64,000 nucleotides of DNA from Aplysia californica (Eukaryota). The stretch is taken from assembly GCF_000002075.1 (NCBI RefSeq), contig NW_004797931.1, positions 157,355 through 221,354 of the forward strand, in the 5' to 3' direction. The notes below the pieces were generated by a model that searched no databases, was not told the DNA's origin, and saw only the letters and a program-made list of their open reading frames with translations. Shown here piece by piece: positions 1 through 15,100 of the stretch. A program made the translations under genes and the position numbers. Each line of letters starts with the position of its first letter. The first letter of the stretch is position 1.

Positions 1-2098
1 TTTTGCTTTGTTGGTTTGTATTTGGGTGTTTATTTGTTGTTGGTTTTTTGGGGGGGGTGCTTATTTGTTTTCTGTATTTTGTTTTTGTTTTATTTTGTTT
101 TGTTTCGGGGATGAAAAATAATGGGGAAGAGGGGATAGTGGTGCGGGTCTCAGCGCGACCACAAACGAGTAAGGCGTTCAACAATATGTTTGGTCCAAAG
201 CTAGATCTCTATATGACATCACAGGAGTATCAAAAAATGGGGAAATATTTTTGTTCAAAAAGTAAAAAGCTATTAAATCCTGATACAAACAGTTTGACAT
301 TGGTGCTGACGAGATACAGTATCCAAGCAAAAATGCTATTGAGCTATTCAATAAAATAAACTTCTCCTTTTGGGGATTAATGTAATGGTTAGACTTTTAC
401 TTCTAGCGCTGTAGACACGCCAGGGTGGAGCGTCTTAATCCTGTAGGCCTACAGCCCACGACGTCTTAACAGGCTGGCTCAAACAAGCACGCCTTCTTCA
501 TCCGTCTGGTAACAGTTCTATACTGTGTTGATAGCGATGTAAAAATGTTTCACAAACAATTAATCATTTCAAAATTAAAGGATACGTCGAATCTAGAGAA
601 GAAATTTTTAATAATGCTTTGGCAGTTTGATCCCGTGGTTTCTGTAATGTACGCCACTCTGCCATGGGGTAAGAAATATAATTATTCTAAACATGTAGGA
701 ATATCGATCACTTGAACAAACTTCCCATCCTTCTCTCAGTCCCACACCATGTCCAGCCTCTATTCATAATAGATATCAGACAAATCGTTCTAGTAAAAAT
801 GTGGCACGGCTATGAGGCGATGCATCCAGCTCACTCACGAAGCTAGCTTTGCACAGACAGCACTGCCTGGGAATATACTTTACCGATCCTTTTTGTGAGG
901 ATATGAAAAACAATGACTAGAAAAGCCTTTTTGCTATACTTTTAAATGACATTTCCATACTTATGTCTAATGTATTTGATCAGTTTGAGTTTTCGAAAAG
1001 CGTATTTCTAAAGGTTACTGAGCACGTTCTCTGAAGCGTTCATATTATGTGCAACTTCTCAGTTACTGGTACTGGAAAACGGTAGGACATCAGGGCATAA
1101 GACCGTCTTCCTTCATCCAAGCGGTCACTATATTATTATTAGAACCTAGAGCGGCGTGCACAATCAAGACAATGTTCCGATCGAGTTCATAAAAACCGGA
1201 AGTGAGAAAAAAGTCACCTGCGCTCTCCATCACTGAAACCAGGAAGCCACTAAGCGTGAGCGATACAATGTGCCGGTGTGATATTTCTGCGCGAAACAAT
1301 GACTGGCACCGTGGTCAACCCCTAAACATTGATCTTCTACGTCTGTATTAATCGATCCGATAAATCAATCCTCGCTCACGCAACGTTAGGCACGTCAACA
1401 AAAGTTAGAATGTCACTGAGAAGGACAAAATCTTTTCATGGCCTGTCGTGCGATAAAGACTTCGACATTCACCTATGACTCTTAAGTTACGCGAGAGATT
1501 TCGAAGCGAATTTAGGAGAAGTTGAGGGGGGGGGGGGGTTCGAACAACAATAAACAGAGTAATGTTACAACATCGGTCTAGATCACACCTGGGCAGAATT
1601 ATTTGTATCACCTCAAAATAAGAGCTTGATCAGTTAATGTCTCAGAGCGATGTAGTGCTACTCAAAGATTTATTCAGCTTCACGAGACCGAATAAAAGTT
1701 GTTTATCTCATGTGAAAATAAAAGACCTAGTTCTTCTTGTTCTATTAAAACTTAAAGTTTAAGTTTTGATAGAACAAGAAGAACGGGAATAAAGGGTAGC
1801 ACTGTGGCTGATGTGGTTTACGTTTAACTCGCTAAGGATATAACAGACACATAATTAATTATGTCCGATCAGCAGCAGATCAAAGGCAATATAGCGGTAC
1901 ATTTCAAACTACCAACTTGTTTATTTCATCGTATGCAAGTTATATGTATTCTTCTTTATCAAATTTCAATTAAAGGAGAACAAAAAGAAGAAAAATATGT
2001 ACGCAAAATGAAGGTATAGGTTACTTCTACTTCGTCTTCTTTTTTTTAGTAACCCAAATATTCCGTCTTCAAGCCCTGCTAAATAACGGGAATGCGCG

Positions 2099-2101
<3 letters not shown>

Positions 2102-2136
<35 letters not shown>

Positions 2137-2265
2137 NNNNNNNNNNNNNNNNNNNNNNNNNNNNNNNNNNNNNNNNNNNNNNNNNNNNNNNNNNNNNNNN
2201 NNNNNNNNNNNNNNNNNNNNNNNNNNNNNNNNNNNNAGAAGAAGAAGAAGAAGAAGAAGAAAACC

Positions 2266-2297
<32 letters not shown>

Positions 2298-2330
2298 CAT
2301 CAACAAAGGCAACAACAACAACAACAACAA
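2102..2330. repeat. Compound microsatellite (CT)n / gap / (GAA)n(ACC)n(AAC)n
   Basis: Simple repeats flanking the N gap 2137-2236. Confidence 0.9.
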
Positions 2331-3079
2331 AGTGGAGGGGGAGGGAGAAGAACATTTTCGAAATAAACTACGTGCGTCTAATCGGACGTGAAAGCTAAAT
2401 TGATATCCCATAAATATTTTTGAATGCATTCTTGGGCATTTTATTAAAGATTATTCACTACATTTCTCTAATTGAGAAAACGGAATCAAAAGAGCTGGTG
2501 GCGATATTTGTAGGCTACTAATTTAGCATTGGGTTCCCCTTTTTTCCGAAAGTGGCTTATTTTATTCTTTTTTTTTGTTTCTTTTTTTTTTTGTCATAAC
2601 ATATTTCTCTTTTTCTTTTGTTTTCTTTCGTTCTGGTTTTTTGTTTGTTTGTTTTTTCTTTTTTTGGGGGAGAGGGGTGGGAGCAGCCACAATTGTTGTA
2701 TAAGAAACCCTATTAGAGAACAAGACAAAACTTTTTCCACACTACAAGGGGCGAGGTTTAAAGTCTGTGAGTAGATTGCTGAGAATAATAGTGTGGTGTA
2801 CAATCATTGACGTTAGAATAGTTAGGTGTAGTTTAAAGGGTTTTCATAAAATTTTCTCCGTTCTTCTCTCCACTAGATACAATCAGATTGTTAAGGCTAA
2901 GGTTCTACCTATTGATCATATGGATTGAAAAGATTAGCATGCCTGTGAAATACCGTATGGCGGGGGAGGGGGGACTTGACAGGTAGCTTTAAATAATGCG
3001 CGATACCGATACCTTCTCTGCTCAAGATTGGCTAGGTGGCACTGTGACACAACGCCAGGGTCGAGTTTCTGTTGAGTTG

Positions 3080-3136
<57 letters not shown>

Positions 3137-6100
3137 ATCTCCAATTATATATAATATCCCGAGGCGAAATAATCATCACTGGCTCTCAACTACATACCAA
3201 ACCTTTGAAATGTGTTCAGCATTTTTTTTATTCTTCTGAAAACCCGTAATGCAAACATACCTACATAATCGCGCAGAAACGGAGCACTCGTTCACCTCTT
3301 GAAAGATCAAAAAACTTTTCTGGCTGAATCCAGTATGTCCACCTCCAACTACATGGACCTTTCTTATGCTGATGAAGGCACCACAATCGATCAAATGCTG
3401 TAGAAATGTGTGCCGGGCCACTTTTAATTGTTCAAACGACCGATGTTATTGATTTAAAACTTGAATAGACTACACATTTTTGAAGAGATGCCGCGGATAT
3501 ATTAGCTTATTTCATGTTTGTTGGTTTACAAGCACTTCATACGAGGCACGTATTGATTGTTCAAACTTTACTGACTGCGGTAGATTCCAGTTTGATTCTC
3601 CGAAAGCACTTGAACTTTGTTTTGTTTGTGCAGTTCCCATGACTTTCCATCACCATTGCTCGGGGACTAGCTTGAAATAGGGTACTGGCTATTAGACAGA
3701 CGGTACACGGGCGTACCAAACCATACAGAATACAAGGACGCATGCAATCACTTACCACCTAATATTTATTGTGTGCTCGGGGCTTTGCATTGAGCCAACA
3801 CAACCAATTGATTTCCTTATTTTCATAGCTATCGATGGCGGATCGATTCGACCTTTGTGCTAACTTTCCCCGGGTATTGTCGGAAAGACGCAATGTCTCG
3901 TTAAGCCGGGCACTCTGGACACAGGCGTCTGTTGGAATGTTTGAACCTTCCATTACTGGAGTTTGTTCTAGCGCTTCTGCAGACACTTGAGGCAAACTGC
4001 AGACAGAAAAGGGACCAGGGAAATCCGAGAACCCACAAGGTTACTGTAGGCATTGTTGCGCGCCTGTCACTTTAAATGTCATTCAATAAAAGATGGAGGT
4101 AGTCATGCAGAAGTTTGATGATGATTTGTTCTGTTTGCAAAGTTACGAAATATGGTACCATTTACCTCTAAACAAACTGATGACGAATGACGCAAAACAA
4201 ACAGTAGGCCTTTCTTGGGAACAAAAATGTATTTGCATTTTATATTAGCTTATTTGAGCCTATAAAACATGCCTGTGCATAGGTACGCGAGAGAAAATAA
4301 ACGGGGTCATAAGTACGCAAATGCAAATACTTGTACACGCATAACATTAATTGGATCACTTTTGTTTCCTTCCAGCCTACAGACTGCAGTAAAAAAAATA
4401 ATAAGTTGCCGAATCAGAAGTTTACTGTTATTCATTTATATTTTTCTCTTCTTTTTTTTACTTTTGAAGGTAAAAAGGGGGAGGGGGTGAGGGTTGATGG
4501 GTTTTGGGAGGGAGGAAGGTCTTCGTTTTTCTTTTTCATTCTGTTTGAGTAAGGATCTAAATCGGTATCTGTTTGCGTTATGAAATGACCGCTTGTGAAA
4601 GCCGTTGTATGATTTTATTCGGCGCCATTTGCTTTTTTTCTGACAATCGTTAAACAAACAACAAGAAAATTGTACANNNNNNNNNNNNNNNNNNNNNNNN
4701 NNNNNNNNNNNNNNNNNNNNNNNNNNNNNNNNNNNNNNNNNNNNNNNNNNNNNNNNNNNNNNNNNNNNNNNNNNNNNNNNNNNNNNNNNNNNNNNNNNNN
4801 NNNNNNNNNNNNNNNNNNNNNNNNNNNNNNNNNNNNNNNNNGAGGTATTGTGGTGAAATTAGGCACTTGTCAAAATATGNNNNNNNNNNNNNNNNNNNNN
4901 NNNNNNNNNNNNNNNNNNNNNNNNNNNNNNNNNNNNNNNNNNNNNNNNNNNNNNNNNNNNNNNNNNNNNNNNNNNNNNNGGGCACTGTGTGGTTCCTAGA
5001 TCGATTATATTTTGCCAGACCGTGTCCGCGGTCGATATTTCGGCACGAAAGAGACAAGACTGGACGTTACAATATTATTATTGTATTCGGAAAAGGATAC
5101 TGGCCTACCTCACTGAGATATATATATATAAGATTTAATGTCACCAATTTACATGTTTGTTTGAGTAAAGAGTAGGACATCGATACGACTACTGTCATTT
5201 AAGTGTCGGGGAAAAGTTAAACAGAAAAACGGAAACAACAGAGGGAAAGGAAAATAGTAAGACATAGATCTACCAGTGGCACACTCCAATCACCCACAAT
5301 TTACAACAAGCATGAAAGACCTACAAATCTTGGTAAAAAGAACAGGTTGACAACAAAAAAACAAAAACACAGCAGCAGATTCTACAAACACCCGTTACCG
5401 TAGTTGGAAGAACCTCAAATAAAGAAAAGGAAAGAAATTAAGACACGTTCTTTGTGGGGCTAGGCCAACAATTACCAATTTATTTATTGCAAATAAACTT
5501 ATAATGCAGATATAATACACTGAAATTGATGTTGATGTGAAAGTAAAGGAGCCATAACTTAAAGAAGGAAAGTTGGAAGATGGAAGGGGATGTTGCATGA
5601 TTATAATGTTGTGGCGCACAAAAAAAATTCAAAGGTGGAGCACTTTACTTTGATGTAGGTGCTTTTACACCACCATTGACACAATTTAGATCGTTTTACG
5701 AGGCGGTTTCGAGCCTGCCTGATAGGGCCAACCCGGTTGGAGAGGCTAGGGACACAACGTCCCAGCAAAAAGTTCGAGATACTCGATTTAATTCTCGCTA
5801 CACGGGATTCGAACTCAGGTCTGCTCCGTGCGACGAAGAAGTGCCCAACCGCTACACCACAGACGTCGGTCGTGAAGAACTCTATCACTTTGTCCTGAGA
5901 TAGACCAAGAAAGGGCACGCGTATAACTCAGTTGGTGTCTTGCTGCCTTTTGGTGAAGATGACACTGTTTGAATCTTTTCTTTACATATGTGAAGCGTGC
6001 TTACAAAATGAGTAGCTTCTCCTATTCTATCCCCTTGGGAATAGGTACATCACGCTTATAGGTGGAGTTTTTAATATCTATAACTATGAAATCATAAAGG

Positions 6101-7407
6101 GCATGTTATACATTAAAAATATGACATCAATAAGACATCTGCAAATTTTACCCTTTTGTCGATTTTTTGTCAATATCTCCATTTGTGGATTGCGAGAAGT
6201 AACTCATTTTGTCAGCTCCTATCACATATAATACGGGCATTCAGAACTTGGGACGAAAGTAGAAAAAGTTGGGAGGGAGAGTTATTATAGATCCCTCTCC
6301 CACCTGGCTCAGGCCTATCGAAGATGGACGCTCAATCCAGAGGTCCTGCCTTTGAAACAAAAGAGTGTTGAAAGTTGCGCTGAACCCATACGGTGCCATA
6401 CCATAACATTGGTAAAAATGAAAAAATCAACCCAGGAAAAGAAGACTGACGCCAAAGTAAATAATAGGCCCTACATAATGTACACAAAAATGTAAACCCA
6501 GCTTAAGAGTTCCTGATGTGTTATTTCAACTTTGAACTTTGAAGTTGGAGAAATAGCATTGGCACCATCGCCGTGTCTCCTCACCTTCCCCAGGGTATAA
6601 TGTAAAGGGAATGGGCTTCAATATGATTATGTATTCTGACACACACATGAACACAAAAACTGAGCCACTCAGTTTTATTTGATCGGAAAAGTAAACACGT
6701 TGATATTGCAAGGACACAATGATTGCCATAAAATGTGAGGCAAAGCAATATCATAAGACAGAAATAGCACACGAATAGCAAGGCTTAGGCCCGAGAAAAG
6801 TTTTAGTGGCGCCCCCCACCGGCATATTGTTCAAGACAATTAAAAAGGAGCAACCGTGAGGAGTATAAAATGAAGAGTACATTCCCGGATCACGCAACTC
6901 GGAGAGGAAAAAAAGAAGGCGGGAGGGGGAGAAGGGGTATACAAACATTGAATACGAATGCTCCTTCACTCATGACTAAGTGCATGTAGTATGTAGCTAG
7001 AAATTGCTGAGAAAAATTGGATTGTAAGAACGTTTTAAACCCCCCCCCCCCCCCCCCCAACTGAATTTCGAATTGAAGGTGTAATTGTTTGTTTTAGTAA
7101 GGTTTTATGGCTCTCTCAACTGCATAAGGTCATATAATAAGCGCCAAGGGGTGGATGTCAAAAGAGAAGTCCAAACGGGGAATCAGGCTTACTTTGCTCA
7201 CCTTTCTAGCGTCAACAGCACAAAGTCTGCTGCAACTATCAAGGCACCCCAGAAACAGCAGTTCACAAGAAACACGACTTGCAAAAGAAGTAGAGGATAA
7301 GTGACGGTAGTAAGGAAGAGGAAAGAAAAAGCAGCAGTTTCCCCCTATGTTGTTCAGGCACAGTATGAGCATGGCATTGATAAATCAGCCCATTCACAAT
7401 TCTACTG

Positions 7408-7409
<2 letters not shown>

Positions 7410-7463
<54 letters not shown>

Positions 7464-7796
7464 TGCATTTATATAGCGCATATTTATGCTCAAGAGCATG
7501 CTCTATGCGCTTTACAACTATTATTACCCCAGCAGACCCTCTGAGAAGACACAGAAACATTCTCAGCTTCCGAGGAAGAATACAGTGCAAGCTGCGGATT
7601 TCACGCGCTCAAACACTATCAAACTGACAAGATCTTTCACTGTCTATAGCCGGGTACCCATTTCTACCTGGGTGAAGTGAGGAAAATTTGTGCAAAGTGC
7701 CTTTCCCAAGGACACAACGTCGGGCCCCTGACGAGATTCGAACCCACGACCTTGCGGTTGCGAATCCGAGAGCCTAACCACTAGACCACCGACGCC
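7410..7796 (-). mobile_element. tRNA-derived CORE-like SINE with L2-type tail and (ATT)n end
   Basis: A box TGGTCTAGTGG, B box GGTTCGAATC, central GTGTCCTTGGGAAAGGCACTT, tail matches the L2 3' end at 47180-47250; partial copy at 61790-61990. Confidence 0.85.
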
Positions 7797-10689
7797 ATGT
7801 TAATACCCCCCCCCCCCCTTGGGAATGGCTTAAAGACACTTCAGTCAGTAGCATTGCCTTGGGGGGGGGGGAGTTAAAAGTGTCCGAAAAATAAATGATT
7901 TAAGTCACATTTTGAAAAAAAAAAAATTCAAAAATAAGAGCGCTCATATGACCTTATGCAGTTGCGAGCGCGGTAAAACCCTGTACTACTACTACTATAA
8001 AAATAAGAGTCCTTCGTACATGTACATTATTTTGACACATGTTAGGGAAGACAATGCAACATAGCATTTGATTTGAATGAAATGACAGTATGACTTTAAC
8101 TTTAGATCTGAGTTTTGGACTTTACAAACTACCCAAACTTGGTAGAGCATGTATTTCATGCCTAAGTCCAACTGATTTTTTTTCTTACTTGACCTCAAAG
8201 TGACTTAGAGTAGACCCTTTATATTTCCTAGTATTCCAACTGCTTGCAAGGCGGATTGTTTAGACTGTATCTCTGAGAGCCAACCAGGGCTGCGTGGTCC
8301 CCATGACAATGAAATATAAGAAACCTGACTTTGGAACTAAAATAACTCAGGCTGGCAGAATGGCAAGATATGGATTGTTCAGATATGTCCCAGTCCCAGA
8401 AACAACGTCCAACTATTGGCAACGCTAAAAAGATGACCCCCATGAAAGCTCATCAAGCAACCTCACACTCACACTATTTCACTCAGCCGGAAATCACTTC
8501 TACTATTTCGGTCCAGTAGGGATTACAGAAAGCGTCGGAACTATTAAACCTATCGCTACCATTCGCACATTCTTTCTCCCACAATTTAAAAAAATGTTAG
8601 TAACGTAGTAGGAGTAAAGAAAAGTCACACTGACGATCACCCAGTGCTGTGAAAGAGCAAGATAGCCAGAAGCAGCAGAGAAAGAGCGCAGTAGAAGTAG
8701 AACATACCAGAGGCGCCTTCCTCGGCCATGCACTTTTAGTGAATGATCGCATGCCGCCACCATTCACGTATTATTTCTTTTCATGTCTATTGCCAAGTGC
8801 CGTTGTTCAGTAGGGTAAACTGAGGACAATGGGACCTAGTATCTTTCTTAGGGATACAACATACTACCAGGGAATGGACGTTTTTTGTTAGCCCATATCC
8901 TTCGTCTTGCCACTGGACTGGGTAACCAAAATAAGCATACATATATATAAAAATTTATATGTATATATTGCTGTTTCGGCTAGGTAGGCCTATATCACTA
9001 AGCACTCAATCAAAAACTATGAACTCCACGTAACTTGTACCTTTGGCCTTCGAAACTCAATAAATCTGAATGGAGAGGTTTTGTTTAAAAATTAAAGCGG
9101 CAGCAAAGGGCTGTGGTACACGTAATAATAACAAACAAGTGCTCATTCTTAAATCAAAGAATTAATTTGCGTGCCCGTATTGTTCATAGATTCTAATTTT
9201 TTTTAACTTGTAGCAGTAACACTGGGTGAAAGTAAGTAGATTTTTTAAAAGTAGGCCTACAGGTGACCTGCATTCTTGCATCTATCATCTATATATAGTT
9301 ATCTAAATCTGTCAATCTCATATTTCGCCCCGCTGTCACATTCTCGTACGTGAAATTTACTTTCGCGGGTTTAAAATACAGCGAGCTGTCGACCCCGCAG
9401 TACGTACAAGAACCCTCACTCGGGTCGATGTAATAATATAGTCTCAAAAATGGAAGTGCATGCAAGTGCAAGCCCATGCAAGCATACAAGTTCTCAGTGA
9501 GACAGCATTCACCGATTATGCTAATAATTGTGTCAGTCTGGCGTTAGCTTATGTTAAAGGGCGTGAATGTTGACATAGGGTGGAAGAAAGTCTAAGGAGC
9601 CGAGGGTATTCAGTTTGAATCAGTTCAGGAGCCTTGGTTTGATAATCGGCGAGCTGAGTCTGCACTTGACTTAGGCTATTGGCAAACTGACGTCGGGAGA
9701 CAAGGGGGAGAAAGTGCTACAGGACGTCATTTGAGTCAATTTGACAGAATGTCACAAACGTCACTGTCACTGGCAAGTGCGCTGTGTCCGTGAGCAAGGT
9801 CAGCTGTTTAAGGACGAGCAGCAGCAGGCTAAAGGCAAGGTTGCGGCACGTTTCAAACCATGATCATAATAAACAAATCAGAAACACGAATTGGCATCAT
9901 GTGTTTTAAAGTAATATAGCGAGCATATTGTTGATTGCCTTTTTAACTTTCAGACAAATAAAAAACAGATTGGCAGGATTAGAATAGAAGTTATTCAGTA
10001 CCTCAGAACAGCGATTCTTCAACTTCAAGCGTTGTCGAAAGACCAGAAAGTGTGTCCTCAAAGACTGAAACTGAAAGAGTTCACCTTTTTAAAAAAAGCT
10101 TTGCGCCAGCGGCGGCCAGCAATGGAAAATGAAAACCCACTCCCGGGAAAGACAATGCGTCGTGGGTTTTTCTCTTTTCTTTACTGTTGTTATATTTTGA
10201 GCTATATATTATAGGCCTGCGTGAAATCGCCCAGTTATAGTTGTCCACCATTTTCAGGGAACAAAATGACCCTCAACCTTTTGTAGTAGGGCCACACAGG
10301 CAGGATTTGTGAGTTATTCATGATTCATTCTCAATGAGCTGACTTCATCATTACCACCATCATCGTTCTTGTTAAGTAGAAGTAAAACATATGGAGCCAC
10401 GACATAATTTTGAAGAATCTACGGCATTGGACATATATTATTATTATCAAAACTTGTAAGATTTTTAAGGCTTCTTCGGGATCATTTGTAGAAAAAAAGA
10501 CACCATCATCATCAATTGTGTAGTCCCGTTGGCCGTTGCGGCGTCAAGTATGACTGTCCACTAATCTCTTCCACTCTCTTTTCATGTGTTGCTTGCCGCC
10601 ACAGCCAGTTATCAAGTTCTTTAAGGAAAAGAGGACTATGTAGATCAATCTGTCTTTGGTTTATATTTTTTAGGGGGGGGGGTGAAGTA

Positions 10690-11475
10690 TTTTTATGGCG
10701 CTCGCAACTGCGTGGCTTAAAGGCGCTTTTATGTAGATCTATTTGAGCGCGCGAGGCACATCAAACATTTTCAGTTGGTAGGAAATTTTGAATTTTGCCC
10801 GGGTTGCGGCCGAAGCCAACTCCTTATCAATTTTGGACCACCAAGGAATCTTTAAGTGCGCAATCAGCACACGAGACCTCCGATATTTTTCGCTCTTATC
10901 TGAGAAGTCTAGGTGTTAGATCTTACCTACCGAGATCTACTGACCACAGTGAAGAGACGAAAACTAAAATGGTATGGGCATGTCACAAGATCCACAGGAC
11001 TTGCCAAAACAATCCTGCAAGGAACCGTACAAGGAAAGAGAAAGAGAGGAAGGCAGAGGAGATGGGAGGACAACATTACAGAGTGGACAGGAAAGACGAT
11101 GGGTGACAATCTGAGGACAGCAGAGGACAAAAATAGATGGCGAGAGCTGGTTTTCCAGTGCAGTGGGGCCCCAACCACGGGATAGAAGAAGAAGACCATA
11201 AGGTTAGGGATGTGGCTGAAAGAGCAGTAAGAACGAGCAAAAGGGTAGTTAGCAGTAGAAAAGCTGCAGAAAGAGCCATGAACTTAAGAGTTAGAGGAGG
11301 GGGCAAGGGGCAGAAAGAGGAAATGAAAGCAGGCGACATAACATTGTTAGAGAGCAGGAAAGGAGGTGAAAGTTAAAGGAGAAAATTTAAGAATTTCCAT
11401 CGCTTTCCAGATTCCAACGCGGGACCTATTGAGTGAGAAGTGAACACTGTAACCTCTTGCCAACGGGAGCACCCC
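10690..11475 (-). mobile_element. Diverged copy of the same SINE, interrupted by an RTE LINE fragment
   Basis: Collinear with 59535-60039 except for the 10930-11195 insert. Confidence 0.75.
10930..11195 (+). mobile_element. RTE-clade LINE 3' fragment
   Basis: DLLTTVKRRKLKWYGHVTRS...GTVQGKRKRGRQRRWEDNI followed by a (GAA)n tail. Confidence 0.85.
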
Positions 11476-12194
11476 TCTGTCACCTTAGAGCCAATTTCAA
11501 CAAAACGTTGAACAAATAAAATTCACCCCAATCAGTCTGTAAGTGTAAGGTAAACTCCCAACTACGAAAATTGAAAATTAATAGATCTAAATTTTTATAA
11601 GTGTCTTTTTTAGTTTTAGTAAGTGTTTTACGGCACTTGCAACACAATAATGTCATATAAGGGCTGAAGATTAGAGGTGTCACAAGAGAGTAACAAACAC
11701 AAAAAAGAGGGGAGATAAAGACGATAAGATGTTTGATAGGAAAGAAGAAACAAACCACAACAGAGCACCCGTCAACCACACACAAAGAGTCTTTACACAA
11801 TTTAGATCATTCAGGAGGCAGGCTTCGACCCTGCTTGTCAAGGCCAGCCCATGCCCAATGTTCGAGCAGAGGACCAAGATACTTGATAAAAATTCTCCCC
11901 ACACAAGAATCAAGCTCAGGCTTTCTGTGAGCAACGGCGAAGCACGTAACCCCTACATCACAGACACTAGTTCAAACTTAGTTTTATACGGCACTTGTAA
12001 CACAATTAGGTCATACATGTATAAGATTACAGTTGTTACAAGAGAGTAACAAACACAAAAAAGGAGGAGAGATAAGGAAGATAGATATTTGAGAGGAAAG
12101 AAGGAGCAAACCACACCAGAGCACCCGCCAGCCACCAACAGACGCTCAAACTATGTATACGTCACGTACATAACACAGGAAAATAAACACATTA

Positions 12195-15100
12195 ATATAT
12201 CACGGTACAGACAATTTATTAATAATGAGCTGGTGAGAAGGAATACACAGAAATGTTATAGTCCACAAATTGTTTCACCATCAGTTGCTTTTTTTTTGTG
12301 TGTGTGGAAAAACAGCACAGTCAGTTTTCACATACCATGTGCATTGTTAAATAAAAGCAACGAAATTACAACAAAAATGGTCCACATCAACTTCGGGGAG
12401 AAAAACAAAATAATCCAAAACACAAGACTACCAAATATGTGTACAACATAGACAAACAGAACCACCTAACACCAGGTGTTTAGACTTCCCATCTTTAAGC
12501 CAGACATGCAAACAAATATTACACAGCAGGCCAAAAGTACAGCAAGGGTGTTATAAAAAGAGTAGCTCTCATCAGAAACAGATCGGAAGAAAACAATTAA
12601 GTTGTATGATAAAAGTTTTGTCTTAGTCTTAGCCTCTGGCAAGTGTCATTCCTAAAAGAAGGAGTCACAATAAAATGGGTTCTTTAACTTGAAGACTAAC
12701 ATCTATACTCTACAATTTCAGTATTGAATCATTCTTATACTGGTGCAGACAATTCCATCCAATTAAACATTAAAAGACAGAGAGGAGAAAGATTCAGAAC
12801 ATTCCACAAAGTATAGGGAAATCACTTATGAAATAGGTTTCCCTCTACCCCATAAAATTCTTCATCTGACAGATAAGTAAATTTCAAACAAAGCTGTGAA
12901 TTTCACTCTTGTTGGCAAAACCCCACAACTGAACATGCCTTGTGCACACCTTATGTACACACAAAGGATGTGTGAACAAGCAACGAGAGTAGTGAGATGG
13001 ATAAATAGAATAAAATAAGTGCTTGAAAAGAGACTGTGCCTGGAAAAAGTTTGGCGAGGACAAAAATTATTACGCCACCCTAAAGTAGCAAATACTTTTT
13101 AGAGAGTGCAATCTGAAGTTGATTTACGAACATTGGTGAAAGGAATTTATTCCGGGACAAGAGTTGGTCCGTGTTAATAAAAGATAAAACACTGGCAAGT
13201 CTGTCCACTGTGCCAAGCAATGGGACATTCAAAGGGGGCAGTCTACAATGCTGACTGAGAACACCAAGACCAAATATTCATAAGAATCCATTGCAAAAAA
13301 AGTATGAGCAACACAGGATGACCTACACTCAATCCCTACATTAATGACATCATGCTGGAGACTGCAATGTTATTATAATTATCAGTCCAGGGAGAAACAT
13401 CACATCAAAATTACCACATATTTTTTTTTACCAAACAGCATAAAGAAAAAGTTAATACAAAATGAAAAAGTACATCACTAGATTCTACGTACTACAATTT
13501 TTGGTGTTGACACCTTTAAGGGGATCCACTGGTCAGATCAGTAAATATTTTGAAAAAATATCAGTTTTCGGATTTTGGAGTATCTTAATAGATATCAATA
13601 TCAAGGATCCATCTTTAGAAGCCTAATTCCTTTATCAAACTTATAAATAGCTGGAAAACGCATTTAAGACAAGTAGCAATGTAGGAAAATCTTCACCAAA
13701 AATTATCTCTCTTTGCAGTTTTCTCAGAATTGTTGATCTGACCAGGTTGCAAAACTATATTCAGTAGATCTCAGAAAGTTACTGTCAGAAGTGTTTCACA
13801 TTTGGACACAATCTTTTATACACATTTCTCTATAACTTTACAGGAGCATTTTTGCTGTTTATGGAACACATTTGGAGTTTTAGGCCTGTTTTATTTTACA
13901 AAATCTTAAAACATTGGAGACCTGAATGTAGAGCATAGCAAGGACTGTAAGGCTCACAAGTCAGTACAGAACATTCAAATTTGGCTCTGTAAGGTTGTTC
14001 TACCTACCAACAGTAATCGCCATGCCAAATATTAGGCTTCTATCTTGATGAGTGTTGATGATTGACAAAATATAAAATTGGTTTTAAAAATGCTGAACCA
14101 ATCCTTTATTTTTGATGGCTCGAGATTACTAAGGCTAAAATCTTGAATTTTTTGCTTGATAACCTTTTTTTGTACTATGTCACACCCTTTGATGCAGAAA
14201 AGCAAGCGTTAGACCAAAAACTGTAGCATTTGGGTGTTGACCATAGCTACACCCCCTTAAAATCACTTGCCAAGACAATTGTACAGAAGTCCACGTGGAA
14301 AACAAATCAATCAACTAGGAAATCCACTTAATCCTGCAACCCACTTCACACCAGACACATAACAAAAAATACATCACATTACCTTTACTATGACTATGAC
14401 ACAATAGCATAAACATGCAGGCTACCACCTTTACTCAAAGTGAAGACTTCATAAGTCAAAAGAGGTAACAAACTTGGGTTTATGACCATTTTACAGTGAC
14501 TACAACTTCATAGCTAGTGACCAATATGTACATTTTCCTCCCCCCATTAGTCACACTGCATAATTTTTTTTCTGAACCTGTTAGCGCTGAAGATCAACTC
14601 CCTCTCACTATACAACAAAAACAAAAAGCGAAAACCTTTGATTATGTTATACCGAGTATGAAAAATGTATGACCTTTTGAAATGACTATTAATCAATTCT
14701 ACACTCACACAGCATAACCATAAGACCACCGCAATCATTCACCAAGACAGGTCAAACACCCTGTATATCAAAACATTTCAGTAACGGGCAAAGTCACCAA
14801 TGCGAGACCAAACAATGCCTCCCACTATTCCCAAGACAGTGCAGTGTCCGCAACAAGTTGACAGTTTGTGGCCATAGAGAAGTCACGCAACAACAGACTG
14901 CTTCTTGAAGACGGAAAAAAGGGGGGCGTGGGTGAGGGAGGGGGGTTTACTCTACTCTAAAGAAAGAAATAGGTAGGGGTAAGGGCCTTAACCAGAATGT
15001 CGTTCCATATGTACAGATCTACCCTGACACCAAGTCAAACAAATTTAAAGGTGCACTAACAAAGGCTGATTGATACCTCTGTTTGAATGCGTTCCCATTT

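Noticed and set aside
3-5175. ORFs in the first 5 kb
   Set aside because: Low-complexity, microsatellite or N-gap derived; no domain or splice support.
9600-9860. GC-richer block with TGACGTC-like motifs, possible enhancer
   Set aside because: Short motifs only; no independent evidence from sequence.
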